From contig NC_042997.1 of the NCBI RefSeq assembly GCF_006345805.1, positions 199,826,001 through 199,890,000 on the forward strand: a stretch of 64,000 bases of DNA. The letters are read 5' to 3'. The position numbers and the translations under genes were made by a program. This document shows, one piece after another, positions 14,605 through 27,096 of the stretch. The DNA is from Octopus sinensis. Taxonomy: Eukaryota. Each line of letters starts with the position of its first letter. The stretch's first letter is position 1. Under the pieces are notes generated by a model. The model worked only from the letters and a program-made list of their open reading frames with translations. It was not told the DNA's origin and ran no database searches.

Positions 14605-15030
14605 AATGTACTGTTCTGTGATCAACAAAAAAAAGTATTCCATCTGGTGAGAGATAAATACTATTTGATAGACACAATACATGTTTATATGTACTACTAT
14701 TAGTTTCATGTGTTGAGAATGCTCAAACATATTCATCAGGCACAAACCACATAACATAACAAACAAAAAATTGAATGAGAGAAGAAACGCAAAAAGTTGA
14801 GAAGGAAGCATATGGAAAATGTGTAAGATTAAAAAATAGAAAATGAAAAACAGAAAACAAAAAGCTAAAAAAAAATTGGGTAAAAAATGGGCTTCTTTCA
14901 GTTTCTGTCAATCAAATTCATTCAAAACCTATAGCAGAAGGCACTTGCCTAAAGTGTCACACAATGGGACTGAACCAGGAACCATGTGGTTGGGCAGCAA
15001 ACTTCTTACCACACTGCCATACCTGCACTT
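14345..15030 (-). mobile_element. Family A SINE split by a ~300-bp unrelated insert (~14600-14890)
   Basis: Tail half at 14345-14560 and head half at 14890-15030 are in the same orientation, separated at the internal (TA)n tract. Confidence 0.7.
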
Positions 15031-15314
15031 TACATTTATCTTCCACTCTGGCATGAGTTGGATGCTTTGACAAGTTCCAATGAGTCAGAAGGACTGTCAT
15101 ACCTCAGTGTGTCTTTATACACAGGTTTATTAGGGGTAACAAACAAGCTTGTAGCTGACAAAGACAGAAATGAAGTGATGACATCAAGGACTAGATGCAG
15201 GAGAACCCTGGGTCAACAATGTGTAGTATGGAGTGGTGGTTGTAGTATGGAGTGGTGGTTATATATAGTTTTAATCAACTGACTCTCAAGCAAAATCATG
15301 GTTAGAAAGACCAT

Positions 15315-15605
15315 TATCATTCATTGTTTAATGCCTGCTTTCCATGCTGGCAAGGATTTGACAGTTTGACTGAGGAATGACAAGCCAGGAGGCTGTTTCA
15401 GCAAGGTTTCTAGAGCTGGATGCCCTTCCTAATGCCAACCACTCAGAGTGTAGTGGGTAATTTTTACATCCCACTGGCATTGACCATGCTCAAATAGTGC
15501 TTTTTACATGTCACCGGCATGGGAGCCAGTCAGGCAGCACTGGCATTGACCATGCTCAAATGGTGCCATTTACATGCCACCAGCATGGGTGCCAGTCAAG
15601 CAGCA
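15315..15605 (-). mobile_element. Family C element with internal ~65-bp duplication
   Basis: ggctggatgcccttcctaatgccaaccactcagagtgtagtggg motif. ggcattgaccatgctcaaat occurs twice. Confidence 0.7.
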
Positions 15606-16051
15606 CTAATGTCCAATTTTCTATATTGATATGAGACATGTTTGATAAAATTTTCATCAAGAAATGATCTAAACAATTTCTGAAGACAAATGATTAAATG
15701 TGCAAGGACCACAATGTCATCTTTATTTTACCAAATGGTGAGCCATTGTGTCAATATACACATGAAAAAAAAAGAACAAAAAAGACAATCACCTACAGAC
15801 TAAGGAGTAACAATATAATAGAAAGAAAAGTATTCAACAGTGTGCACGTGAGTATGATAGAAAGAAAAACTTCATAATCAATATGTAATTATTAAAATGG
15901 TAACCTTTAGAAAAAAATATTTCATAAATTGTAATTTTTTTTTCTCTAGTTATTTCTTTATCTGTAACTCTCATATTTGAAGTTTTTATTTAGATACTTT
16001 AGGAAAGGAATTTTTATTACAAATTAAATGGTTTCAATGAAAATATGGTAA

Positions 16052-16163
16052 AGGTGTGTGGCCTAGTGATTAGGGCTCCTGGATTCAGTTCATAAGTTTA
16101 TGGTTTCAATTCCCAGAGAAGGTGAAGCATTGTGTTCTTGAGCAAAACATTTCATTTCACATT

Positions 16164-16222
<59 letters not shown>

Positions 16223-16340
16223 ATTATGAGTAATAATTGGGGGTTAATTCTACAAGAGACAGGTGACCCATTCAGAAGAAGGAGGGGTGTACTGCACACT
16301 CTTGGTCACTTACATGCTATAGAAACTGAGATAAACTCTA
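16052..16340 (+). mobile_element. Decayed tRNA-headed SINE (fourth type) with internal (CT)n
   Basis: A-box-like tggcctagtgattagg, B-box-like ggtttcaattccc, then ttgtgttcttgagcaaaacatttcatttcac. Confidence 0.55.
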
Positions 16341-18899
16341 GTGTAATGAGCCAATAGATGCATGAGATAAGTATATTTAATGATAACATATATCAGAGAA
16401 AATCTTTTTTGTGGTAATCAAACTGAAAGAAGCTAAAAGCAATACTGAATAAAATGATTGAATGTGACCTACAAGAACTAAGAGAAATTAGGAAACAATG
16501 GGCATGTAATACAGCAGACCTATGCATAACAATATTAAAAAATAGATACTATATAGATATATTTTAATATTAATAAATAATGAAGTATTAAAATGAATAC
16601 TAAGGTTTGTCACATTTTCACATAACCAACAGCAGTTTAAAATGAAGATTAGCATTGTGCTATTTGGTACAAAGTATTTTCTGATTTTTCTCCTAAATCA
16701 ACAACAGTGTATAGAAAATATATTTGACAATCAATAATAGAATATTGTTCCATGGTTTGCTGGTAGGAAACAATTTTCATTCCATAGAATACATGTAGAG
16801 TTAATAAAGACATACCCATTCTCTTTTGGACTTCACTAGATATAATATTAATTTGTACAAAGACTTTCTCAAACATTTTTATGCATGGAAGTAATGGCCA
16901 TGCAATATTTAAGCAATGTTATGCATGCTCCTGGCATTATAAATTCAAAAGATTTTGTAATCTACAATAAATGTATTTACTGAATCATGACCTACATTTA
17001 ATATCTATTTTAAAACTGTAACTCACATACCCACAATGACCGCATGTGTTTCAATATCAAAACAATCTTAGATCAAGCAACATGAAAATTAAGTGCAGCT
17101 CTGATTACAGACATGTGTGTATATGTGCCAATATTGAACAGAGAGAATGAGTGCTCAGCATCTCATCAGTGGAATTGTTGGATAAACATGATGCATATGT
17201 TGGTTAACAAGACTACGATTGGTTTCATGCTGAGAATTCTCAGCAATTATCATAGCCTGTCTCATGGGATGCTGGTTCTCATTTCCATCTTGGATATATA
17301 TTTATCATTGTATACATTATACTGTATTGTGTATAGGGAAGACAATTCACATGTCCACTAAACAGATATGTATGTATTTACTACTTTAAGCAGTGGTGTC
17401 AACACAGAATGTACAACTAACATATTTCTTAATCTTGTAACAGTTAGTTCAATTCTTCATGGCTCTTATCTAATATGAAATACATCTCTAGTTCTATAGA
17501 TTCTACAGCTGTGCACTGGTCCAGTAGATTTTGCAATTGAAACATGATTGAAATGAAGAATAGGAAGATAATATAATCCTCATTATTTTAAACTAAGTTG
17601 TATAGTCCTAGGTTAGTGCTAATCAAGTAAAACTATGATCAAAGGTATTCTAATCATGGCCAACTCAACTTTTTTATATAACTAGAGCTATTCTGCCCAA
17701 TGTGTCCATTCCTTTTCAAGATGTTACAGTGAAATTTGAAGGAGGCTTGGCTATTATGGTTGAGTGAGCATGGAATCACTCTCTTGCTGGCTTATGAGCA
17801 TGTAAAAGCTCTTTTGGTGTATTTATAACTAAGATTTCTCAAATCACTTTTATACAGCTTAATGTTCACAAAGAGATATTATCTCTAGTTCAGACAAATT
17901 AAGAGTTAGAAGTTAAAGACCACCAAGAACCAGAAGATTTTACAAGAATGCATATAACAACTAGTAAATATCAATCAGTGGAAATTGCATAACTCATGTT
18001 ATTGAGATTCCTCAGTATTAATTGCAGTACCTCGGTAGTGTTATGATATTATATTCCTGACTACTGCCTTATCACATGCCAAGTGATATGTATCATCAAT
18101 AATTCCAGGTTCAAAGAAACTAATTTCCAGTCATAGTCCGCAACAGTAAAGCATCTTATAGTGTTATCCACGATATTCTCAATTCAACATATTATTCAAG
18201 ATCACTGCTCTCTCTCTGATCATCAAATGCGCATGCCCTTTATATCAAAGGAAGTTACTCAAATCATAGCACAATTTGTGTACCACCAAGTATGTGGAGA
18301 AATAAGCAAAATGATTATCATAAAAAAATAACAAGGTATTTTTGACTTTTAGGTAAACAAGGTAAATTTGACTTTTATGGGTAGGTAAATTCAATTAACA
18401 GGTGTAAAAGCAATAACATTATGGATAAACACTAAAACTGAAATTCATAATGCATCTTACCTGTTAGATTTGTTACTAAAATTATCCCAGATGTCAATCA
18501 CCAACAATTTTGCCACATTTCAAGATGAGGTTCATTAATTTTAATTAATTAAAATATAGGTATAATCAGCACAAGGTTTTTATTCTTTCCCTCTATTTCA
18601 TTCAAACATTTTCATTGAAAATAAAGTACAAAACTCTTTCACTAGTTAACATACCATTGGCTATATACTTTTATACAATTTAATGAATACATTTACATAA
18701 GAGAATGCATCCAATAAAATAAAAAAACACATTAACAGGTGAGGCAAAGATGATTTCAAGACAGGTGTGTAACATACTGAAAATCAATATGTATTTCTCA
18801 CTTTCACATATCATTTGTAATAAAATGAAAGAAAAATATGATAAAAATGAAAGGAAAATAGTATAAAAATATTACCTTCAAACAACAAAATATAGTGAT

Positions 18900-20132
18900 G
18901 CCATATTTCTATAATAAAACTGTCCAAAGCACCCTTTATGCAAGGTCACTTTGCAAAATGAACACATATATGAGGTCTTGACCTGATACCTTTTCACAGT
19001 TTTTCTTTTTTGCAGCGAACACAGTCTGCAAACTTAACTTTTTTCTTTCCATTTATTTTTCCCACATTATGGAAGTCAATATTTTCTCTGCTGACATCCA
19101 CCTCCATTAATTTTGATTTTCTTCCAGTTCTATGCTTTCTGGAAGAAAAGCCCTCACATAACTGAGATGTGAGATCAACCTGAAATTTCACATGGTTGTA
19201 GCCTTGTGCCTTTTTACATAAACAATATATGAATCATTTTCTACTAAAGGCACAAGGCCTGGATTTTGAGGGGAGAGGGATTGTCGATTACCTCAACACC
19301 AGTAGTTCATTAGTACTTAATTTATTGACCTCGAAAGGATGAAAGGCAAAGTTGACCTCGGCAGAATTTCAACTTAGAACACAGCAACAAGCGAAATACT
19401 GCTAAGCATTTCACCCAGTGGGCTAACACTTCTGCCAGCTTACTGCCTTAACAATACATGAATTAACTATAGTTAGACACATCACTAGAGATATATGGAC
19501 CACCATACCTTATATCAGGATGCTATTTGATACCTAACAATTTGTTTCCTCTGTAACAGTTTGAAAAACCCTTTTTGGTAAAAATTAAAATAGTTCAGTG
19601 GTTGAGCATCAGGAGGTAGACAGTATTGTGGACTAGTCTTTTCTGTGAAAGTGGGACTTGTGGTTGCTGCAATAATCTTCAACCATGTTGCCATAATATT
19701 TTCAATATCATTTTCATCACTTTCATTATCAAAATCTTCCTCATCTGATGAAGATTCATAAATATCAGTATGATTCATCTGAAGACAAATCACTTTTTGT
19801 TTTCATTGATATTATGTAGATCATCAAAAGAAAAACCTTTGAAATTAGAATTGCTACTTGCTGATGCCATGTCGTTAAAAACTGAGATATGCACTTCTCT
19901 TCAAATGCAAAATAAAAAACAAGAAGTCTCAAAAATTTCACCATATTTTTACTTGAATAAAGGCAGGAAAGGCTTTATCTTACATTATCTCAAAGCTACA
20001 AGAATTCAATAACGTGACTTGTTTATTTTTTTAGTGATTTTGTAGAGAAATCAGATAGTCAGGTTTGGGCGGTTCAAACAAATAAAGGGGTATAATTTTC
20101 AGCTGGATATGGACGGTCTAAGCACCAGAAGG
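18900..20132 (-). mobile_element. Internally deleted piggyBac-like element: 5' terminus, acidic N-terminus and C-terminal Cys-rich region, catalytic core missing
   Basis: TTAA at 20133-20136 followed on minus by CCTTCTGG. 19793-19515 gives SSSDEEDFDNESDE...FTEKTSPQYCLPPDAQPLNYFNF (PGBD-like N-terminus). 19191-18900 gives KFQVDL..GFSSRK..HNVGK..CVRC..C (C-terminus). No matching 3' TIR found. Confidence 0.65.
19235..19449 (-). mobile_element. Family B SINE variant nested in the piggyBac remnant, with 14-bp TSD
   Basis: Family B body. aacaata(t/c)atgaat at 19221-19234 and 19450-19463, one mismatch. Confidence 0.8.
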
Positions 20133-20308
20133 TTAATCCATCTGTGACCATAACAATATACTTTAATGGGGATGATGACACTAATTTATTTCAACAGCAC
20201 AAATACTCAATTAGTAATTACACAGTCCAAGACAATTATACTCTATGTCATGTCACTCTTAAGCCTTACTAGTAATATGTAACCCAGACAGCCTGTTACA
20301 TGTTTAGG

Positions 20309-20361
20309 CTAAGTAAGCTTGGTGGGGTTACTAAACTGGTAACCCCACCAAGCTTACTTAG
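20309..20361. repeat. Perfect inverted repeat, 23-bp stem and 7-nt loop
   Basis: ctaagtaagcttggtggggttac / taaactg / gtaaccccaccaagcttacttag. Confidence 0.95.
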
Positions 20362-20399
20362 TGAAGAAGGTGATTTATTGCACATCCTGCAAACTAGAA

Positions 20400-21030
20400 C
20401 ACAAAACCTATCCAAAGACAGAGGAAATTGAGAGAGTCAACAGCAATTCAATAAGGTGTGAAGGCATGAGGCCTACTGGTTACAATGCTGCACTCGTCAT
20501 CACAAGATCATGGTTCCAATACCCAGACCTGTTGTGCATTATGTTCTACAGTAAAACACTTCATACTGCTCCAGTTCCCTCAGCTGTAGATGAGGAATCT
20601 TGTGCTAGATTGGCATACAGGAGCAAGACAGTAACTCAGGAAAATCGCCCAAATGGAGGTCTTGCAAGCCATGTTCTGTATTCATTGATCAAAAGGATGG
20701 ATAGTACAAGCTGTATAGTGAATCCTGACTGGTTGGAAAAGGTTGTTTAACCACATTTAAGGATGAATGAAAAACAATGTACTGTATCTCACACTCTTTA
20801 GTCATGATTCACATACACTAAACCTGTCAAGGTTGTTAAAAATGAGAGGACTCACAATCCCTGATGATCTCTTTCATGGAAACCTACGCATATGTAACAT
20901 TACCAAACATTCAACACAACACCTCGGATTCCTCTTTAGAATGAAAAAGTGCTTCATCCCCTCATCAGTTGTTCACCTTCTATGAAACTCAAATAAAGCC
21001 AGGCCTACACTGGTGTACAGCTCACATTAC
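20400..21030 (+). mobile_element. Heavily decayed CR1/L2-group LINE reverse-transcriptase C-terminal region
   Basis: LKMRGLTIPDDL..NITKHSTQHLGFLFRMKKCF..FYETQIKPGLHWCTAHI resembles the CR1-type LGLTI.DDL.W..HI..LGFLFR..F..LY..QV.P.LEYC.HIW segment. The upstream part is only tentatively included. Confidence 0.5.
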
Positions 21031-22483
21031 TATGATCCAATCTCCAACAGAGTTAAAGTACAAATTCAAAGAATCAGTTTTTTCCTTTCTCTCTACTTCT
21101 AATGTTACAATCATGGCCTTGGCTCATAGTTACCTCCATACTCTCTCTCCCTCTCAACCTACCCTGCTCACATCACTTTCTATTGTAACACATCCTAGGC
21201 ATCCACACGATGCACTTTGCTTAGTCTTTCCTCCCCCAGAGAAAAGGCTCTCAGGAATTATCTTTCCACACACATTTTTCTTATAAACACAAATCTGTAT
21301 GTGTTCAACTTAAAATATCAACCATATCAACACTTATTTCAGAATCAGGGTCTGAATCAACAGACATAATACAGTTGGAATATTAGTTAGACTAACAGAG
21401 ATTAATTCCCCTTAAGATATGACACCTCATGGCTTTCAGAATTATAAACAAATAAAATTGATTGAATCCTGTTCTTTGAAATGTCAATTCTGATAAGAAA
21501 ATGTGACAAATATATGGGTTGCATTTATTATTTAATAGCCTTGTACTTCTACTTGAATCTCATAAAATTAAAAACAAAAAATGCTGCTATACTTATATTT
21601 TCAAGTAAGCTGAATTAAACTAATACACTTACTTAACTTTCCTTCCATTAAACAGTAGATTCTATTAAATTCTGCCTTAAGGCACTGACATAATCAAGGA
21701 TTAGATAATGAGATACACAACATACTATGTCAGGTTTCAATCTGATAAACCTGCAGGATGTAGCACCTAGTTAAATCTTTCCTATTCTGGAATTATAAGT
21801 GTGGAAAATAAATCTATTTTAGATATGACAATTATTATTCCATACGTCCATTACAACAAAGATATACACACAAAAAAACTGGTACATACATCATATGTAT
21901 GAGAAACAATTTTCCTTACAAATCATATTCCTAATACAATTTAAACATTAATTTTATTAATAGTAATCAATTTCAGAATTGTTTTCTTTGTTTTATTTTA
22001 CAAGAATTAAAAATGCTAATTAATTTTTATTGTTACAGATGTAATTTTAATTGATCGAACATTTCTTTTTTATCATACTGCTTGGTATACTGGACCCCTA
22101 CTTGCACTCAACAGGGAATGTCGCTATCATTTCTCACATTTAGGTCCCTCTAAAGAAAACATTTATTCAACTACATAACTTGTAGTTCTTCTTTGGATGG
22201 TACACATCATATCTTAAAAATAGAATAGAAGACTGTACTGGTATAGTCATGAGATACAAATATTCAAAGAGTGCTGGATGGAAAGTTAGCCTCAACTGTT
22301 AGTGACAAACACTGATGAAACAAGCTAAGAAAGGTAGGGGGAGATGGGGAAGAAACCAAGTCAGAAATCAGGGCATTTTTCCTCAAATATGAAACAATAA
22401 GACTGAGCTGAACACTGATATTGTGTGTGATAGGTATTGTGATGCAAACAAGAAAAATAGTATTCAAAATATATGCATATTTT

Positions 22484-22565
22484 TATTAATATTTAGCAGA
22501 AGCAACAGAATGACTCAAGGGCTGAGAGCTTTGTGGGTTGGCACTGCTTCTGCTAAATATTAATA
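22484..22565. repeat. Perfect 21-bp inverted repeat around a 40-nt GC-richer core
   Basis: tattaatatttagcagaagca (22484-22504) and tgcttctgctaaatattaata (22545-22565). Confidence 0.9.
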
Positions 22566-24477
22566 GATATATACTGTGTGACAGATATGTCCAACCTAAA
22601 ACATTATGACATAAGAATATAATAATATAATTTATAAAAAAACCTTAAGAAATTTAAAATGCTTAATATATGTAGTATATATACAAACACTTCCCTTGAA
22701 GATGAAAAAATATAACGAGAGCAGCAAAGATGAATAGAGTGTACAGAAAAAGAAATTTTGCCACATATATAATCTATGTTAATCATTTGTAAGAATAATT
22801 ATTGTTCAATAATCACTGAAGTCTCCTAAAAAACTGTTCTGACAGTAAACTGAAATTTTATTGACAAAATATGATGCTTTGATTAGATATAAGCAAGGTG
22901 TCTTATTTTAATCATAACTACAAACATTTTTTAGTCCGTATTAAAAAGAAAAATCTACAAAACAATGCATTGCGAAAGAGAATAAGCAGATAAACATTGC
23001 AGACAAACTGATACAGGTGAATGTTGTCTCACAAGCAACTGAACTGCATTCCCAATCAAATATCAAGTTTAACCAACAAACAAAATACACAAAGCCATCA
23101 TTGCCTATATTTTGGTTCAATTCTTGATTGTATATCAATAATCAATATTCATCTTCTATACTACAAAAAAAAATTAATGGATAAAAATAACAGTATATTA
23201 TGGTTTTAGAATAGCACAAACTATATCATAGTACAATTTCTCTTAAGATAAAAATCAATTATTTTGTAGGCAACAGAAAACCTAACTGGAAAATAGTTAC
23301 TATTCTTAACAAGTGCATTGTTAGTATTTGAATGAAGAGCTATAAAAACATATGCTTCATTCATTAATAAAAATGTCTAAATTTGCAGGCCCATTTTACC
23401 AATGAGAAATGAACTTATTTATTTCCAGCATTTTATCCACCATCTGAAACTAAGATATTAATATTTTAAAGATCAGATAATCTTATCACAAACAATGCAC
23501 TATTTCCATCAGCAATTACATTGCCATCATTTACTAAAGTTCATGTGGACTTCATAGAATACAGTCACCATTTAAAGATTTTGCATTAATTACGATCTGC
23601 CAAATTTTAATTTAGAGAACAAATTATTAATGTTCTTTGATTTAATAACCAGGTTCTGCATACTTATAATCTGGCTATTAAATCATTCATGTAATACAAA
23701 ACTTTAAATGGTAAGAAAAACTATCTTGTTACCTAAAAACCTATGTTATCCTACATTCTGCAGCAAGTGACACACTGTCGTATATTATTCCACTCAAGAA
23801 ATACATTTATACAACATTGCAGAAGCAATAAAGGACATCCATAGGAATCTATTATGTTTTAATCAATATCATGAATAAATAAAATAAACCAATAAAAACC
23901 AAAGAAATTCTTTAAAACATATTTAGTTTCAACAATATGTAACAACTGTCAGAAATATATCTTCTGCTCTGCTAAAATGTTTGCAACATACAACTGACAT
24001 GGTTTGATGCTTTAGTGGAAAACCATTTTTGTCACTTTGTTTTTGCAAGTACCAGTGAATAGTGTAATGTGAATTCATATGCGTGTGTAGCTGAAAGAAT
24101 GGGAAACATTTTATATTAAGCTGCTACATAATACTTTACTTGGAAAAATTTTTCATAAAATGAGACCCATTATAGTCATAATCATGGCTTGAAGCTTTTC
24201 TCACATTTCTGTTTACAATAATTTATAACAGCAACAAAATATTATCAAGAGTATTATTACAGAAATAATACCATGGTTGTACCAGTAGCAGCAGTAATAA
24301 CAAAAGATAGAGAAAAGAGTAAATGTTATTGTATAGCAGAAGAAGATTGTAAATATCCAAGATTGATTTTATCTACCAGCATGAAATATGTAAAGAAACC
24401 CATGAACAATAAATCAGCAGCAGCAGATTCTTTTTGATTTGAAACAGACTGGTTGAGGAAATATGATTAACTTTTAA

Positions 24478-24695
24478 CCCTTTTTCATACCAACCTGCCT
24501 GGGACAGACCTTGATTTTATTATAGAAACTTCCTGATATAAAGTGATCCAAATCAAAATCTTATCTCAAAATTCTATATTTCATGTTCCAAACACCATGT
24601 TAATTAATAAAGTTATTTGACTAAATTCTTCATTATTTTCAAAATTAATTAAAACAACAGCAAAGTATTTCAGCAGAAATATGCTAACAAAAGGG
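24478..24695. mobile_element. TTAA-inserting piggyBac-type MITE
   Basis: TTAA-CCCTTTT...AAAAGGG-TGAA (right TSD with one mismatch), 218 bp, no ORF. Confidence 0.6.
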
Positions 24696-25268
24696 TGAAT
24701 TCAATTAACGAATATTACTGGTATTTATTTTATTGATTCCAAATAACTGAAAGACAAGAAACACAAAGGACGAGATTCTAAATTACCAAATAAACTTTAC
24801 TCTACCAATTGTAATATAGATTTCTTACAAACACAAGAAAACAAAAGCTCCTCACAGAGGCCGAAATTTTTTACAATAGTCCAAAGTTTATAAAGCCAAA
24901 CCATTAAAAATAACTTTTTGTTCATTTTTACTTGGATAAAAAAAAAACTATGACATTATACTAAAAGAAAAGCATGATTGCTACACATTTATTATCATAT
25001 AATAACCAAAACATCCCAGATGTCATCACTATTCTCATTATATTCTCATTATATTATTGCATTATATGCTATTTGCAGCTATCACAGCTTGAAATCTACT
25101 TTATGAGGGTTAAAATTTTATGGAAAATTTATGGTCAAGAAGATAACTTCATGACAACACAATAAAAGCTCATTCCCACGTACACAGAAGGGTGGGCAAG
25201 TGTTCTCTATTATAGTCTTGGGCTGACCAAAGGCAGACAAAAATATACATATTTACATGTATGTACAT

Positions 25269-25319
<51 letters not shown>

Positions 25320-25320
<1 letters not shown>

Positions 25321-26609
25321 GAGGGGCGTTCAATAAGTAATGCCCCTGACCCACTTCCCATAGCAGTAGAGCAACGAAACTTGGCACAGTTATTAGTTTT
25401 TTTCTACATAGAAACCACCCAGAGTTACGCATTTCTACCATCGTTTGATGCAGCTCTGGAGACCGTTTTTGTAGAAGGCCCCAGCTTGGTCCTCCAACCT
25501 GAACGTGACTTCAGAAATCAAGGCTGCATCATCTGGGAAACGCTTTCCTTTCAAAAACAACTTCATGATTGGGAAGAGGTGAAAATCAGAGGGTGCAAGG
25601 TCAGGAAAGTAGGGGGGATGGGGAGGAGTCCATAGCCATACGCCTGTGCTTCTGATCTGGCGACAAGCGAGTTGTGGACCGGAGTGTTGTCCTGCAGGAG
25701 GAGGATGCCTTTGCTGATTTTGCCCTGCCTCTTGATTTTGATAGCTTCTCTTAATTTCATCAAAAGTGAAGCATAATAGGCTCCTGTAATTGTGGTACCC
25801 TTTGCCAGGAAATCTGTCATCACTACTCCGTCCTGGTCCCAGAAGACTATGAACATGACCTTGCTAGTGGAGGGCTGCACCCTTGCCTTCTTTGGAGGAG
25901 GTGAGTCACGGTGCTTCCACTGCATTGACTGGGCTTTTGTCTCTGGATCATCGTGATGGACCCAGGTTTCATCCTGTGTAATCAGTCTTTTGAAAAATGT
26001 TGACTCATCTTCTTGGCACATCTCCAAATTCATCCTCGAGCACTCGACGCATTCTTGCTTCTGGAAAGGTGTGAGCAACCTGGGAATTCATCTGGCAGAC
26101 ACCTTTTGCATATGCAAATGGTCGTGAATGATTCGTTTCCACAGACCTGGTACTAATCTTGACCTCATGGGCTATTTGCCGAATAGTTATGCGTCGATCT
26201 TCCAAAATGGCAGCCTCAACTTGATGGACAGATGCCTCATCAATGGCAGAAGGGGCGACCAGATCTGGGAGCTGTTTCCACAGAGTTCCGAACATGTTTG
26301 AATTCACAATGCCAGCGTTTTACAAGGTCATATGATGGGGCATCATCCCCATAAGTTACTTTCATTTCATCAAAAGTCTCCCGTGGTGTGCGTCCATTCA
26401 AATATAAAAAGCGGATCACTGCCCGACACTCAACAGGCTCCATTTCACACTTGACTCAGTTCAAACACCTGTAAATCAGAAACCACAATTAGTTCAGAGC
26501 TGTAATTTACCACTTAATCTATAGAGATATAGATAATTGCACATGCAAAATTTCAGCTAGATCAAACAAATGCAAGTGGGTCAGAGGCATTACTTATTGA
26601 ACGCCCCTC

Positions 26610-26610
<1 letters not shown>
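25320..26610 (-). mobile_element. Full-length (1291 bp) mariner, D,D34D, irritans-like subfamily
   Basis: 37-bp TIRs cgaggggcgttcaataagtaatgcc(c/t)ctgacccactt at 25320-25356 and 26574-26610, one mismatch. TA on both sides within a (TA)n tract. Confidence 0.95.
25393..26443 (-). pseudogene. Mariner transposase pseudogene
   Basis: MEPVECRAVIRFLYL..PRSGRP, TQDETWVHH, LQDNTPVH and YFPDLAPSDF (34 residues between D2 and D3 after frameshift repair), ending FYVEKN*. At least three frameshifts (~26245, ~26130, ~25620) and one TAG (RW*KC). Confidence 0.92.
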
Positions 26611-26640
<30 letters not shown>

Positions 26641-26648
<8 letters not shown>

Positions 26649-26898
26649 ATAGAGGGCATTATTACACATAAATGCCTCACACTAAGAGGGACAAAGTCAT
26701 TACTACCAAAATTATACTAATCATACCTAAATGCAGTTTTTCAAAGCAAGACATTTAAAAAATGAATTTAGTTCTGTTTTTTAAATGTCTTGCTTTGAAA
26801 AACCGCATTTAGGTATGATTAGTATAATTTTGGTAGTAATGACTTTGTCCCTCTTAGTGTGAGGCATTTATGTGTAATAATGCCCTCTATACAATATA
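26641..26898. mobile_element. 258-bp near-perfect palindrome; foldback MITE with TGT...ACA ends and ATAT flanks (Ginger-like termini)
   Basis: Arms 26641-26762 and 26777-26898 are reverse complements with one mismatch seen, loop 14 nt. The putative element is 26646-26893 with atat on both sides. Superfamily is inferred from the termini only. Confidence 0.75.
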
Positions 26899-27035
26899 GA
26901 TATAATTAATTTGTTCAAAGGAAAAAAATTATTTTCGAATTCTTTTCTTTTATGAGGTTTTCACGCTAACTACCCGATAATTTCTTGTTAAGATTCCTTA
27001 TTAAGAGGTTATCCTCAATTGTTAAACTTATATAT

Positions 27036-27081
<46 letters not shown>

Positions 27082-27096
27082 CATACATACATACAT

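Noticed and set aside
22033-22180. Possible exon: plus strand DVILIDRTFLFYHTAWYTGPLLALNRECRYHFSHLG after a good acceptor (22039), or minus strand RDLNVRNDSDIPC-TGA-VQVG... as a selenocysteine read-through
   Set aside because: The plus-strand donor (AG/GTCCCT) is weak and I recognise neither peptide. No selenoprotein motif or downstream SECIS found. Needs RNA-seq.
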